DNA from: the human T2T-CHM13v2.0 reference genome, Homo sapiens
Assembly: GCA_009914755.4 (NCBI GenBank)
Contig: CP068257.2
Span: forward strand, 25,888,001 to 25,952,000
Length of the DNA: 64,000 bases
Direction of reading: 5' to 3'
The translations under genes were made by a program, and so were the position numbers. Positions within the stretch are counted from its first letter, which is position 1. Each line of letters opens with the position of its first letter. Below the pieces are notes generated by a model. The model did no database searches, was not told the DNA's origin, and worked only from the letters and a program-made list of their open reading frames with translations. This document shows, piece by piece, positions 45,201 through 61,244 of the stretch.

Positions 45201-45275
45201 GTGTGTGCTCACATGAGTGCATGCACACATGTGCGCAAGTGTATGTGTGTGTCTATGTGTGTTTGATGGTCTTTT
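45200..45275. repeat. GT/CA-rich imperfect dinucleotide tract adjoining the minisatellite
   Basis: gtgtgtgctcacatgagtgcatgcacacatgtgcgcaagtgtatgtgtgtgtctatgtgtgtttg. Confidence 0.85.
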
Positions 45276-46506
45276 TTCCACATATTAGGGAGTTGAACAT
45301 TAAGATGCAAGACACTGGGAGTTAGAGGCAAGAGACTCTAAAAGGAAACTCCTATCACAATGCTATCAATTTTAGGAAGGTAATATTGGCAATAGAATTT
45401 TCTGTAGAAGGTGGATTCCCCTCCTCCTTTGGATATATGTTTATTAGATTCAACGAATTCCATAACAAGAAGTAGAGAATATTACTCCTCAGAGATTGGT
45501 GTGAAATTCAAACTCCCAAGGTATTACAGATGCAATGTTACTGGATAGAGCTATGGTGACCATAAAATTTATCATCCATACTGGATACTTATGAGAGCAA
45601 TTTGGCACTCCAACAATAATTAAAACTAGTTGATTTTTGAAACTTTTTGACAAGGAAATTGATGTTTATATTAGTGGGCATATAAAATAATTTTCTATTA
45701 TAAACAATTTTCAAACAGAAATATTTCCAAAAAACATACACACACATTAAAGCAAAATTAAAAAAAATATAAACACAATAATTTTCTTTGGTACATAGTC
45801 ACATTCTTAACTATACCTGATCTAGATATAACTGTCTCCAAATACCAAGTCACTGGAATTTTTTTTTCCAATTTTCAGTTATGCTTTTGAGATTATACGG
45901 TATTGTCCAGAATTGTTGTCACAGTTGAATTTAATGATTTAAAATAACATTTTACCTGTAAGACACTAACATTTTTTAACTGAGAAAACACTCTGTCTAG
46001 AAAAACTCAGTAATATGAGAATTTTCTCAAGTATAGTGTTCACTTCATATTGAAATGTCTTAATATTTCAGCCTAAATATTTTAATATTTAGTAGTTTTC
46101 CTGCCTTTAAATGTTTTTCAACAAATATTTTGAAAAACAAAACTCATCATTATAAATCATCTTTATTTATGTTCTTTTTATTAAATGCTGAAAAATGATA
46201 GGGTTTTTATTTCACTCATTAGCTTTTTCACAAATATTTTGTTGTTCAGTTATACTCAGCATGTATACAATATTAGTCGATTTTGGATAAAATGTAAAAA
46301 TGTTGACCATGCCAAAAAGAAATAAGTCAAACTTCAGTTTTTAATTGTTGTAATATCAGAACTTAATAGGTATGCATACCATATGCAAACCATAACCAAA
46401 TTCAAATGAAGTCCATTTCTATTCCATGTCTTTATTCAATGCTGAGAAATGTGAGCAATTTTCAATTTCAATCTATGATAGTACAGAATATAAACATATT
46501 TGATGA

Positions 46507-48856
<2,350 letters not shown>

Positions 48857-49173
48857 CGAGTTAGTGGGTGCAGCGCACCAGCATGGCACATGTATACATA
48901 TGTAACTAACCTGCACAATGTGCACATGTACCCTAAAACTGAAAGTATAATAATAAAAAAAAAAGAAACACACCTGCAACTACATGTGTTAAATTTCCAT
49001 CTTGAATATAAACTTACTAACATTAACATACAAGTAACTTTTGCAGTAGTTGCTGATGCTTCTTCCTCAGAGTTGCATCTTTTGATTTTCACATAGCCAG
49101 TGAAACTACTGTGGCTCACAGAGTAGACGTGACTGTTACAGCATTTATGAAAAATCAATTTGTATCATAAACT

Positions 49174-49450
49174 TTTTTTTTTTTTGAGACAGGGTCTCAC
49201 TTTGTTATCCAGTCTGGAGTGCAGTGGTATGATCTCGACTTCCAGGGCACAAGTGATTCTCTCGCATCAGCATCCTGAGTAGCTGGGACTACAGGCACAT
49301 GCCACCATGCCCAGCTTATTTTTGCATTTTTTGTAGAGATGAGGTTTCACCATGTTACCCAGGCTGGTCTTCAACTCCTGAGCTCAAGTGATCCACCCAC
49401 CTCTGCCTTCCAAAGTGACAGGATTACAGGTGTGCACCACCACTCTCGGC
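49174..49450 (-). mobile_element. Alu SINE (antisense) with poly-T tail
   Basis: T(12)gagacagggtctcactttgttatccagtctggagtgcagtggtatgatctcgacttccagggcacaagtgattctctcgcatcagcatcctgagtagctgggactacaggcacatgccaccatgcccagc...ggattacaggtgtgcaccaccactctcggc. The ORF at 49339..49602 is a read-through. Confidence 0.92.
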
Positions 49451-51034
49451 TATCATCAACTTTCTTGAGAAATAAAAATTCAGCCTTTAACATTTTATTA
49501 TATATGCCCTTCATTGCTTACAACTTTGCTGCTTTAAGGGTTTACCGCAAAACTAAAAACCAGACAATGTCATTAATGAACAATACCATATACTCTCCCT
49601 AGCACTTTCCATGAGGCGACCCAAAGTGGTAACAATTAACAGTTGCTGTGTATGAAACGGCCTCGCTCAGGAGGAAACACGGCCCCTCAGATGAACTGGT
49701 AAGTCAAAACTGTGAAAGGTCTCAATTTCAGATTTGACCATAATTACAAGACTGGCATACCACAATTTCACATGTGTATACTGAGAAAAGGCATCAGATC
49801 CCTGGATCAGAGACACAGGTGTTTTTTTGGTAACAATAGAAGCCACAGCTGGCTTCTCTTCATCACTTCCAAAACCCCCACAGAGTGACACAAATTGCAG
49901 CTATATGTTCACCCGTGCATGCAGGAGGTCATATCACAGAATTAGAACCCCAAAATTAAGAGAATCTGATTTTTCATCAGAGTTTCTGGTGACCAATCTC
50001 TTCCTTAGAGACAGATTACGCATGTTAAACCAAGTTTAGACTAAAACTGCCTCCTTACATATTTTAAGTTTGAACGAAAGGTTTTTGTGTACGTAGTGAA
50101 CAATAACAAGTGGAGCTGTGGTAAACAGACCGTAGCCTACACTTGTGCCAATCACTGAGTTTTGGCCAGTCAAATGTAGCCAACTGTTCAAAGCCTGTTC
50201 AAATAAGGCAAACACCAACCTGTAACCAATTCAGCTGTTTCTGTACCTCATTTCCGATTTCTGCACGTCGCTTTCCTTTTTCTGTCCCTAAGTCTTTTTC
50301 CACCACGTGGCTGCGCTGAAGTCTTTGAGCCTAGGCTGGCTCAGAAGGCTGTCGGATTGGCAAACCGTTCTTTGCTCAATTAAACTCCTTTAAAGTTAAT
50401 TTGGCAGAAATTTTTATTTTATCAGGTAGTGTCAAGTTAGGCAGAGGGCAAAATTGCACAAGAGAAAAGGGTGAATGGCACTAGGTACATCTCTTTAAGG
50501 TTGTAGGTATGGGTGCTACTGAGGTAACTATGGAAGTAGGAGGAACAGAAAATGGAACAAGATTTTAGTTTACAACATCTGTTTCACCTTGGAATATAAA
50601 GAAAAGTCATCCCCTAAGATGTGATGGCTGTGAAAATATAGCTGAGACCTAAAATAAACTGGCAAAAATTTGACACGGTGGTTAAAGGTGTTATCTCAGA
50701 ATAGTGAACTTCTCTATTGCAATCACTCTATTGTTGTTGTAAGGCAAACATTCCTTTTATCCTCTTTGAGCCATATTCTTTCAAAGGAATAAGTGTTATA
50801 CATGCAACTATAATTAACCAAAATGAACCCGCTGTTATTCCTTGGAGAATTCTGTCCTATATATTCCACATATTGATTTTTTCTGTGTATAATTTGGGCC
50901 TTTAATTACTTCATCAAAATTACCTATTGGAGTACTTAAATTATTAAAGAAACAAAAATATCCACTGGATAAATTACCTCTACTTTAATGGAAACATATA
51001 TAGAGTTCTAGAAACATCTTTAGGTCCTACAAAA

Positions 51035-51135
51035 ATTTTATTTTACTTTATTTATTTTATTTTATTTTGTTTTATTGTTTTAGAAACAAGGTCTTGCTCT
51101 GTAGCACAGGCTGGAGTGCAGGGCCATGATCATAG
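51035..51135 (-). mobile_element. Alu fragment (tail-proximal about 50 bp) with (TTTTA)n-type tail
   Basis: ttttattttactttatttattttattttattttgttttattgttttagaaacaaggtcttgctctgtagcacaggctggagtgcagggccatgatcatagc. Confidence 0.7.
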
Positions 51136-51279
51136 CATGGCATTAGCCACAGTGGCTGACAAATACTTTTAATGAAATGAAACTATATTTCTGACATGAA
51201 TCACACAGTGGTTATCTGATATTATTATAAGTTTACCACATCCATTAGATGAAATATGACCCATTCATTCTTTGGCTAA

Positions 51280-51969
<690 letters not shown>

Positions 51970-52681
51970 TGACTTATAAATGACATTTTACTTAGTCGTG
52001 TTTATTGTGAGTCATCTATATCAAAGAACTATTGTTATAAGGTGTTTTACACATTCCTATCGCACGTAAAAAGAAGAAGTGGAGTTAGAATGCATTCCAT
52101 GAGTATGCCTCGCTTTTAAGTATGTAATTATGAGCTGCAAACCATGAAACACTGTCTATGACACATCTTTAATGATACATTTTCAGAGCAGTACATCATA
52201 GCAACTGTGAGAAGTTAAAGCTTTAAATGAAGTCAATTCTATAGGATTCTTCTTTATATTAGGCTTTGATTGTCAATCTATGTATGCAACTTAAATACTA
52301 TATATACATACATATAAAAACATACACCAACTATACAAATTAGAACATGTATATAAACTATATAACTGTATTTAGTATTAAAGTTATTTACACTTTGACA
52401 GCAAATTGTTTTTAAACATATGTGAGGTTATATCTGTTTCTTTGTATATTAATTAATATGTGTGTATAGATATATTATTTTAAAATACAGATATATATGT
52501 GTGTATATATTTTTTTCTTTAAATTTGGTTGGAAAAACTCTAGAAATATGTATTTTAAGATCAGAGCATAAAGAATTTCTATAATTTAAAATATTACAAA
52601 TAAATAGCATCTGTAGCTTTGCTGGATATGACTAAACATTTCAATAACTCTGTTTTTGTATGATTCTATAAAAAATAATTA

Positions 52682-52960
52682 GGCTGAGTGCCATAGCTCA
52701 TACCTGTAATCCTAGCACTTTGGGAGGCCAAGGTGGGAAGATTGCTTGGGCTTAGGGGTTAAAGCCCACTCTGGGCAACATAGCAAGACCTTGTCTCTAC
52801 AAAAAATTAAAAAATTAGCCAGGCATGGTGGCTAATACCTGTAGTCCCAGCCACTTGGGAGGCTGAGGTAGGGGGATTACTTGAGCCCAGGAGTTTAAGG
52901 CTCCAGTGAGCTACCATCATATCACTGCACTCCAGCCTGGGTGACAGAATAATAGAATAA
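52682..52960 (+). mobile_element. Alu SINE (sense, older AluJ/S-like)
   Basis: ggctgagtgccatagctcatacctgtaatcctagcactttgggaggccaaggtgggaagattgcttgggcttagg...gccaggcatggtggctaatacctgtagtcccagccacttgggaggctgaggtagggggattacttgagcccaggagtttaaggctccagtgagctaccatcatatcactgcactccagcctgggtgacagaataatagaataa. Confidence 0.9.
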
Positions 52961-54705
52961 TTGTATTTTATCATTTTTAATATGTTTGCTGTCCCATTTT
53001 GAATACATTTCATTTTAATTCATTTCTTGTTAGGGATGTTTTAGTGGGCATATATTATTTGAACCACTTAGCATCTATTCCCACTTCAAATGGAAATGCT
53101 CTGATTGACCTCTCAGGCTCCATGACTTGGCAGAAGTCATTGATACCCTGGTCTTGGGCTGGGCTGATTACTCAGTCCTAAGCAATCAAAGGATTGCACC
53201 TTCCTTACCTAACGCAGATCAGGGCCAACAAGAAAGGGATCGTGAGGCTACCAAATGCAGATCATACACTGATGCTCACACTTGTGGTACTTCTAATACA
53301 ACTGCTAAACTAAAATGTATATTTATTGTTAATATTTCTTTCTTTTGTGAATTCATATTCTTCAACCTAATTTTAACTGAGCTATTCATATCTTATGAGT
53401 ATTATTGATAAGGTATCTCCATTTTCTCAGTCTCATGTTTCTATTTGAAGAGAATTTCAGTTTGAATGATATTCCTGGCTTCTCTCTCCAATTATAACTC
53501 ATTTTTCTCCATGGGGGATAATATGACTTAACTAAATGGTATGTTTGAGAGAAGAAACTGAGCATACTTAAACCACCCTCTTTACCTCAGAGCTAGAAGT
53601 GTTGGAGTGGGGCACACTCCAAAATTATTCTAGAATAATTTTTCTAGAATACATTTATTGGTTCTCAATTGTTGTGTTGTTACAAACTGCCACAAAACTG
53701 AATGCTTAAAACAACTATTAATATTTGGCTCACAAATGTGTGTAATCTGCCATTGTGGCTGGGGTCAGTAGTGCAGTTTTTTTCTGCTGGTTTTTGCTGG
53801 GCTCACTCATACATCTGCAGATAGTTGACGTGTAACTAAGTAACCTACCCCTGTTAATTGGCTAGCTATTGGCTGAGGTCTGGAAAAATGTCAGAAAAAA
53901 ATATATTATTATTCTGAGACTGGGAGAGCAGAGAAAAAGCTGTTCTGGGGATTCAGATGATGACACCAAGATAGCTGGCAAAATTATCTTATAAATTTTG
54001 CCAAGATTATTTGCCAGGTAGAACATGGACAGTGTAATTTCGCTTATTTTGTTTCCTTTAATAAGAAATGAAGCAAAAGAGATGAGCTGAAGGAATTATT
54101 TATTTTGTGATCAGAATTTTGAGGAAATATACAGGGACCGGTTGGACAGAAAGACAACATTTCTTCTATCCTTAGTTTCAAAAGCGGCTAAAAGTTTCTT
54201 AAAATAAATGAGGCCTGTGGCCAAAAATTATTCAAACATGGATGTGAGACTCTTTAAAGCTCAGAAAGATTTTGAATCTGATAGACCATCTCAAGCTAGA
54301 AGAATGGATTTCAAGACTCTCTAGGCCTAGTCCCATAACAGCCCAACACTTGCCCAAAGTAGAGAGTGGGCTTTTTGGAAAGCAAATGTAGATATGGCTT
54401 TATTTTTTTTTCTAACATACTAGAGTATAATCCATTGTTTAGAAATCCCATGAACTCTTCAAAAGAATTTATCAGCGAATCAAAGCCAGTTCGGACTAAG
54501 GAGCTGGAAGTTCTCAAATTGAAAATAGGTTTCCGGGCCACCAAATATCTTTGAAAAGAAAACTGGATGAGAAAACTCTTTAGCTGCTGACACAGGTTGG
54601 TTCTCAGGGAAAAGGAAAACAGATCAGAAGGAAGAACCCAAAATCCAGAGGGTTTAGCTAAGATCTACAGAATTTGTAAATTATTTTAAACTGAATGAAA
54701 TCATC

Positions 54706-54870
54706 CAGGTGCCGTGGCATGTGCCTGTAGTCTCAGCTACTCAGGAGGCTGAGGTGGGAGGACTGTTTGACCCCAGGAGTTCACGGCTATACTACAGTAT
54801 GCTCATGTCTATGTTGTCACTGCACTCCAGCCGGTTGATATAGCCAGACCCTGTCTCTAAAAATAAACCA
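54706..54870 (+). mobile_element. Alu right-arm (monomer-length) fragment
   Basis: gtgccgtggcatgtgcctgtagtctcagctactcaggaggctgaggtgggaggactgtttgaccccaggagttcacggctatactacagtatgctcatgtctatgttgtcactgcactccagccggttgatatagccagaccctgtctctaaaaataaacc. Confidence 0.8.
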
Positions 54871-55786
54871 AACACATGAGATCAAGCTTAATAGTCTAAG
54901 AGCTATGTTTATTTATTTATAAATTTGCCTACCTGGGTGCTTCAATAGTCAACACACAAATCTGGCAATTCTCTATAAGAGTTCTGGTCATTTAAGCTTT
55001 CTTGAGCTTCTGCTGTAGATAGTGACATGAAGTCTGCAACCATTATAACCAACTCCAATTTCTAAAGATTCCATGTCTTTTTTTTTCCCCTATGTATTCC
55101 CAAAAGCTTGAGAATTTCTTGAATGGCTCATTTTCAATGTACTAATGGGAGCCAAAAGATGACACACTAGCTATTGGGTTTGGACAATTATTTTAGTTGA
55201 AGTTAGACCGACCAATTTTCTGAATCTGGTGGAAATCTCAGGCACTAGGAACTCTGGGGATGGACCACCATTCTTTCATATTATATTTCTGAAGCTCTTA
55301 GCCAAATAGCAAGCAATCTCTGAGTCATAAAATTACTTGAAATCCTGTTTTGGTTATTTCCAGTGGAGAGCAGGCCACTGTAGAGATATTTAGGTACAAT
55401 AGTATCTGGTATCTGTCAATTGATTATGTGAGCAGAGGTGGTACAGCTTTGGTGAACTGGGCTGCTGAGCGCCAGATCGAGCCCATGGCCGTGAAGCAGG
55501 GCAGTTAAGAGCCATCGTAGGGGTGGGTCTCTCTAGTGGCAGAAGCAAATTGCCAAATAATAGTTTGTCTGAGAGAGGAGATCTACAGGGAGATGATACT
55601 CTAGCTATGATGGCAAAATCGGTCCCAGTTAGAATGACAGTGCAGAGATAATGACCAAATCTTCTGCTGAGGCTGCTACCACCAAGGCTAAAGGACCCTC
55701 TTCAACTGAAATATTTAAAAAGAATGATTGCACGGGAATGAAAACCTCAGAAGTTATTACTCTTTAACATATTTGCAGGAAGTTAA

Positions 55787-56152
<366 letters not shown>

Positions 56153-56684
56153 TGAATAATCCCTTTTCTTAAGAGCATGACTTCAATTGCAGCCTGAAAT
56201 CTGGCCAGGGTACATGAGCATAGCCCCCCTTATGATTGTACCCTGCATCTGATACAGAAGATTCTCAAGTGTCATCAATCTTCTAAAATACAAAAAGATT
56301 TTACGTATTAAAAAGATGAATTACTTTTATGTCTTTAAAAGCAACAATGCTGTTTGGAGGCATCTGTTTTTAGAAATTCTGAAATCAATCTTTAAGCTAG
56401 AGGTAGAAGCAACATTAACAAATTTACGATTAGGGAGTGAGACAAGAATTAGGTTTAGATAGGATAATCTAAATTTCTTAATATGGGTTAAAAAAGACTA
56501 GTCACAAGAAAAACAGGGTTAAACATATTCCTTTATAACTTTTAAAATTATTTTAAGTATTAGCAAGCAAAAGGAAAAGCAATTTATGATAAAATCATCA
56601 GATTAGCAGTAAAACTTACTTTTCAAGTTTGCGTTATTCATGGGGGCATATTCGCATCACATTCCTTTCATTATGCTCAGGATA

Positions 56685-56979
56685 GCTGGGCATGGTGGTT
56701 CATGTCTGTAATCCCAGCACTTTGGGAGACCAAAGCAGTGGGATCACTTGAAGTCAGGATTGATTGGCACCCAGCCTGGACATCAAAGCGGGACCTTGCC
56801 TTTGCAAAATAAAAATAAGAAAATTAGCTTGGTGTAGTGGCATGTGCCTATAGTCTCAGCTACTCAGGAGGCTGAGGTGGGAAGATTATTTGAGCCTAGG
56901 AGTTTGAGGCTTCAGTGAGCTGTGGTCACAACACTGCACTCCAGCCTGGGTGACAGTGTGAAACCCCAACTCAAAAAAA
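56685..56979 (+). mobile_element. Alu SINE (sense, older AluJ-like)
   Basis: gctgggcatggtggttcatgtctgtaatcccagcactttgggagaccaaagcagtgggatcacttgaagtcaggattgattggcacccagcctggacatcaaagcgggaccttgcctttgcaaaataaaaataagaaaattagcttggtgtagtggcatgtgcctatagtctcagctactcaggaggctgaggtgggaagattatttgagcctaggagtttgaggcttcagtgagctgtggtcacaacactgcactccagcctgggtgacagtgtgaaaccccaactcaaaaaaa. Confidence 0.9.
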
Positions 56980-58295
56980 CAATATTAAGATATAGATATT
57001 GCTTAATGTCTTTTCATTTCAACTTTGATAAAACAACAAAGCAAATAATTCCAAAATATATTTCTCATATTAAAAGTGACCTGCCCCCATTGAAAGAAAT
57101 GTATCATGTTTTGTTTTGCTACATGCATGCATTTGTTGCATCAGTGAAACACGTGAAGTTACTGCAGTGAGGTGTGAACGGGAGCATGAGTTACTCAAAA
57201 GAAATTATGTGCAAAACCATGTATACTGAGGCCTTTGTGAGTTAATTTCTTTTTGAAGTTGGCTGCAGAACTTTGTGGTTTGGTTTCCATTCAGTAAATA
57301 TTCCCAGTGTTTACATAATGCCAAGCAAAGGGACACATGTTGTGGAAGTTTGTTAGAGGGATTCGAACTTTAGGATGAATCTTTTAGTGGAAATTGAAAA
57401 ACAAACAAGATTTATCTTAAAGAAGTATATATTTAATATATATGAAATACAAGTAATCCGATGTGCAGCATATTCATTCAATGGAATCTTTCTTTGTGTT
57501 GTTTTAAGAGTATTTACAAAAATGAAAGAAAAACTGCAGATAAGTTTTCTTTTATAATCAGGAGCAATGTTTAATTATTTATGAAATCTAAAATTAATAA
57601 AAATATATGCATTATCTTTTAGAACAATAATTATAATGGAAGCTATGTTACCATTTACATTTTCTTTTGGAAACACTTTATAATCATTATGGGTTTTGGG
57701 AATTTTCAGAGGCACTAATGCATCGTCAGTATTCGGTAATTCTGAAAAATAAAAGTACCGACATTAAGAAATATTCACTGACATGTGGTCGATTCTCGGA
57801 TATGAATCCGATGGTCCTCGAAACATGGAAAGTCTGCTGTCACGCTGCACGCCACATCCTGTCAGAACTGGAGTCACACTACAAATCACTTAAATGAGGC
57901 TGGAAACCTTTCCAGACAATAGAATGTGTAACTCTTGAAAATGAAACAGAGTGACTGGATCACTCCTTGGTCATCATCACACTGAAATAACATTCAGTGT
58001 TTAGCAGTGAAGAATAGGTTAATTGTAAGTGACTGGAATATAAGGTTACAAAGAAAATGATTTAGCGGCAATATGTAGTAAAAAAATTCTCTTTCAACAG
58101 CAAGTTTTGCAATTTCATAATTTCAAAAGGGCATTTAATGAAAAGGTTTCCTCTTATCCTGGCCACAATTCCCTTCTTTAGTGGTGATATTTTTAACTTC
58201 TTACAGACTCTTTCAGAATATGTATATGGTTATATGAGTAAAGTTAAATATACACTCTTAGTTTCTCCATTTTATTACACAATTGTATGCTCACA

Positions 58296-58545
58296 TATAT
58301 GATATATATTTTATATATTGTTATATGACATATATTTTATATATTATGTTATATGACATATATATTATATGACATATATTTTATATATTATGTTATATGA
58401 CATATATTATATGACATATAGTTTATATATATTTGATATGTATTGTACTGCATGATATATAGTTTATATATTACATTATGTGACACATATTTTATATATA
58501 TTATATTATGTGACATATATTTTATATATATTATATATATATAAC
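58296..58545. repeat. AT-rich tandem repeat, about 8 copies of a 27-31-bp unit (tatatgacatatattttatatattatgt)
   Basis: ...gatatatattttatatattgttatatgacatatattttatatattatgttatatgacatatatattatatgacatatattttatatattatgttatatgacatatattatatgacatatagtttatatatatttgatatg...tatatattatattatgtgacatatattttatatatattatatatatat. The ORF at 58388..58579 is a read-through. Confidence 0.9.
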
Positions 58546-59064
58546 TTTTAGAACCTGGCTGTCTTCTTTTATTCTGCAATCAATATATCTAACATATCCT
58601 TCTACTTTAATATTGAAAGTTTTTTTCCTTGTTAATAATCATATTTAATATTTTTATTTATTTAAATAAACACATACATACATCATGTTCATTTACTCAG
58701 ATGACAATCTAAGTGTGATATTAGTTTATTTAAGCAGTTGTTTTTGATGGATAATCACTGTCCAAACCTTGACTAGGAAAAGAAAATGGCTACAACGAAT
58801 ACCCACTATGTTCCTTATTGTACACATGTGTGAGTACATGTTTGTAAGATACATTCTTAAAAATGGCACTGCCTTTTCATAGACCGCATGTGTCTTCAAT
58901 TTCAGTAGCTATTGCCTAGTTAAGTATGTTATTGATCTTTCAGATTTTTGCCAAGCCCCAAAGGTAAAAACCGGCAGTATAAGGTTTTTCTTTCCTTAAT
59001 TTTAACCAGTATGATTGATGCTAAGTCTGTTTAAAATGAATTAGAACATGAGGTTGACCTTGAT

Positions 59065-59330
59065 GAAGACAAAAGAAAAAGGAATATAGAAAGAGAGAAA
59101 GGAAGGGAGAGAGGGAAGAAAAAAGAGAAGAAAGGAACAAAAGATGGAAGGAAGGAAAAGAAAGTGAGAAAGGGAAGAGAGAAGGACAGGAAACAAGGAA
59201 AAAAGATGGAAGAAGGTAAGAGGAAATGAGAAAAAAAGGAAGAGAGAGAGAAAGAAAAAGAGAAAGAAAGAAAAAGGAGGAAGGAAGAAAGAACAGAAAG
59301 AAGGGAGGAAGGGAGGAAGACAGTGCTGTG
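59065..59330 (+). repeat. About 265-bp polypurine (GAA/GGA/AAG-rich) simple-repeat tract
   Basis: gaagacaaaagaaaaaggaatatagaaagagagaaaggaagggagagagggaagaaaaaagagaagaaaggaacaaaagatggaaggaaggaaaagaaagtgagaaagggaagagagaaggacaggaaac...aggaggaaggaagaaagaacagaaagaagggaggaagggaggaag. The three overlapping minus-strand ORFs at 59021..59433 (F/L/S-rich) are read-throughs. Confidence 0.95.
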
Positions 59331-61244
59331 GAACATATTCCAGGTGGCTGTGAAAGAATAAAGGGGATCCAGATGAAGCAGTGAACACATATGTGCAACA
59401 GGGAGTGTGTTTCAGTAAATCAGTGGCAGACAATGGAGTTTAGATCCAATGCATTCTATCATCACTAGTGAAGTGTCCTGAACAGAAACACTCAAGGATG
59501 AGTTTAGTATTGTATTTCAGAATTTATGGAACAAGATATATGCAGTGAAGGGGACCTGTAGCAAGAGAGATGGTTCAGCTGACATCTGCAGCCATCTTGA
59601 CCTAAGGTGATATGTGTGATGAGAGCTAAAAAGCAAGCAGTAGATACTACAATTTGATTCTATATAGGAGATGAATAAATAAATGAAACAAGATTTTCAA
59701 TTATACTATTTTAGCTCTCATAGAAAGTGGCGTTTCTGTTTTTATGGAAGTAAAGAGGAACCGGCAATATAATTAGTTGAAGAATGATTTCCCTCTATTT
59801 CAATTTAATTTACAGAGGAAACTCTTTTAAAAAATAATTTATAGTATATTTATCTAGTCAAGAGAATGATTGAAATAACTGAATATATTTGGCAATAAAC
59901 TCAGGGAAATTTTTAGGAATCTGTACCCCTCTTCACCTCTTTAATCTCTATCAGTAACTTCCTCCCCCAACTACCCAAACTAAGTGTACAATCTATATGG
60001 AGCGTTTGAAGTCACTATGCACCTATATAGCTTTAAGATAACCTGTTCAACACCTCCTATCACAAAATCCCTGAGTTAGAGTCTTAGATATAGAAATTCT
60101 AGAACCACCATTGACCTGATTATCTTGAGAGGTATGATTTGCATCATCTTACCTAACTTTGGTTTTGGCACGATTTAGAGGTAAGCTCTACGAGGGCAGG
60201 GATGTTTTCTTGTGCATTGCTGTTTTCTTAGTATCTAAAATAGTGCTGTGGACATTGAAGATACACTTTAAATTAAAATATCTTGACACTTCAGTATTTG
60301 TTAAATAGATCTCTGTATGTTGGAAGTCTAATTGCACAGTAGAACTAAGGTTAAGGAGGCATTATAAACTAAAGGACCACATGTCTCACTAGAAAACAAT
60401 GTGTATTCAATTTTTCTTAATGTCGTAGTGACAACTCAGTGATCTCAACGGCGAGTTCTGTTCTCCCTGCAGGATCAAGCCCTCTGAATATGGTTTTTAT
60501 TTTTTATGTTTCTTTTTTTTCTTTGCAATGTAAGTTTCAAGTATCATTATTCTCATGTGTTGAATATTAGCAATCCAGCTGCTTGAGTCGATTTAAAAGC
60601 ATTTAATTTTGTTTTTCTCTCACAGCTTCTGAGCCCACCGAAGTGTACTGCAATCCATCAAGACAGAAAATCCTGCATTTTGTGGTCCAGAGTATTTGGA
60701 ATTGATTTAGCTGTACCTGGATCCAAGTTGATTTGCCTTCAATCTCCCAGACTTAACTGTTGAAGTCTATAGCACATTAAGCATTTAGGTCTACAGAGTC
60801 ACAGCCATTCACTGACCCGGCTCTAATTTTCACTTGGAGTTAGTACTTTTTGATTTGGGATTTGTGAAAAGGCAAAAATATTTGTCAGACACCCACTGCC
60901 AGGAATGCTGATTTTAATTTCGTGACTTCTACTGCAGAAAAAAAAAAAAAGTTAATTTTCCCACTTGGAGTTTTTATCCATGGATATCAGGCTACAATAT
61001 TTCCCCCAGAGTTATCTTTCCTGCTTCCTTCTTTTGGCAAAACTTACACGGAGGTGAGTTTCCTCAATGTGGGCAGAAGGTTAAAGCAATAAGAACTTGC
61101 GGTTGCTGGCCTTCCTTGTAGCCTGGTTTCTGAATGCATTTAGGTTGATGTGGCATCGTAACACTCTCTAGGGCTTACAGGAAAACTTCGTTCTGTTCCG
61201 GAAGCTGCTGTGAGCCAGCGGCTATGAACTTGTGGCCCAGCCAC

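Noticed and set aside
44318-45281. Three overlapping 150-192-aa minus-strand ORFs (S/L/I/Y/P-rich) as secreted or repeat proteins
   Set aside because: They are translations of the (GRTAGA)n purine minisatellite in three frames. The composition is low-complexity, with no start context and no conservation logic.
58296-58545. Regularly spaced AT-rich repeats as a possible CRISPR array
   Set aside because: The context is a eukaryotic genome. The units are degenerate, and there are no conserved direct repeats separated by unique spacers. There are no cas-like ORFs nearby. It is an AT-rich minisatellite.
59021-59433. Three overlapping 119-130-aa minus-strand ORFs (F/L/S-rich)
   Set aside because: They are read-throughs of the GAA/GGA polypurine tract, for the same reason as above.
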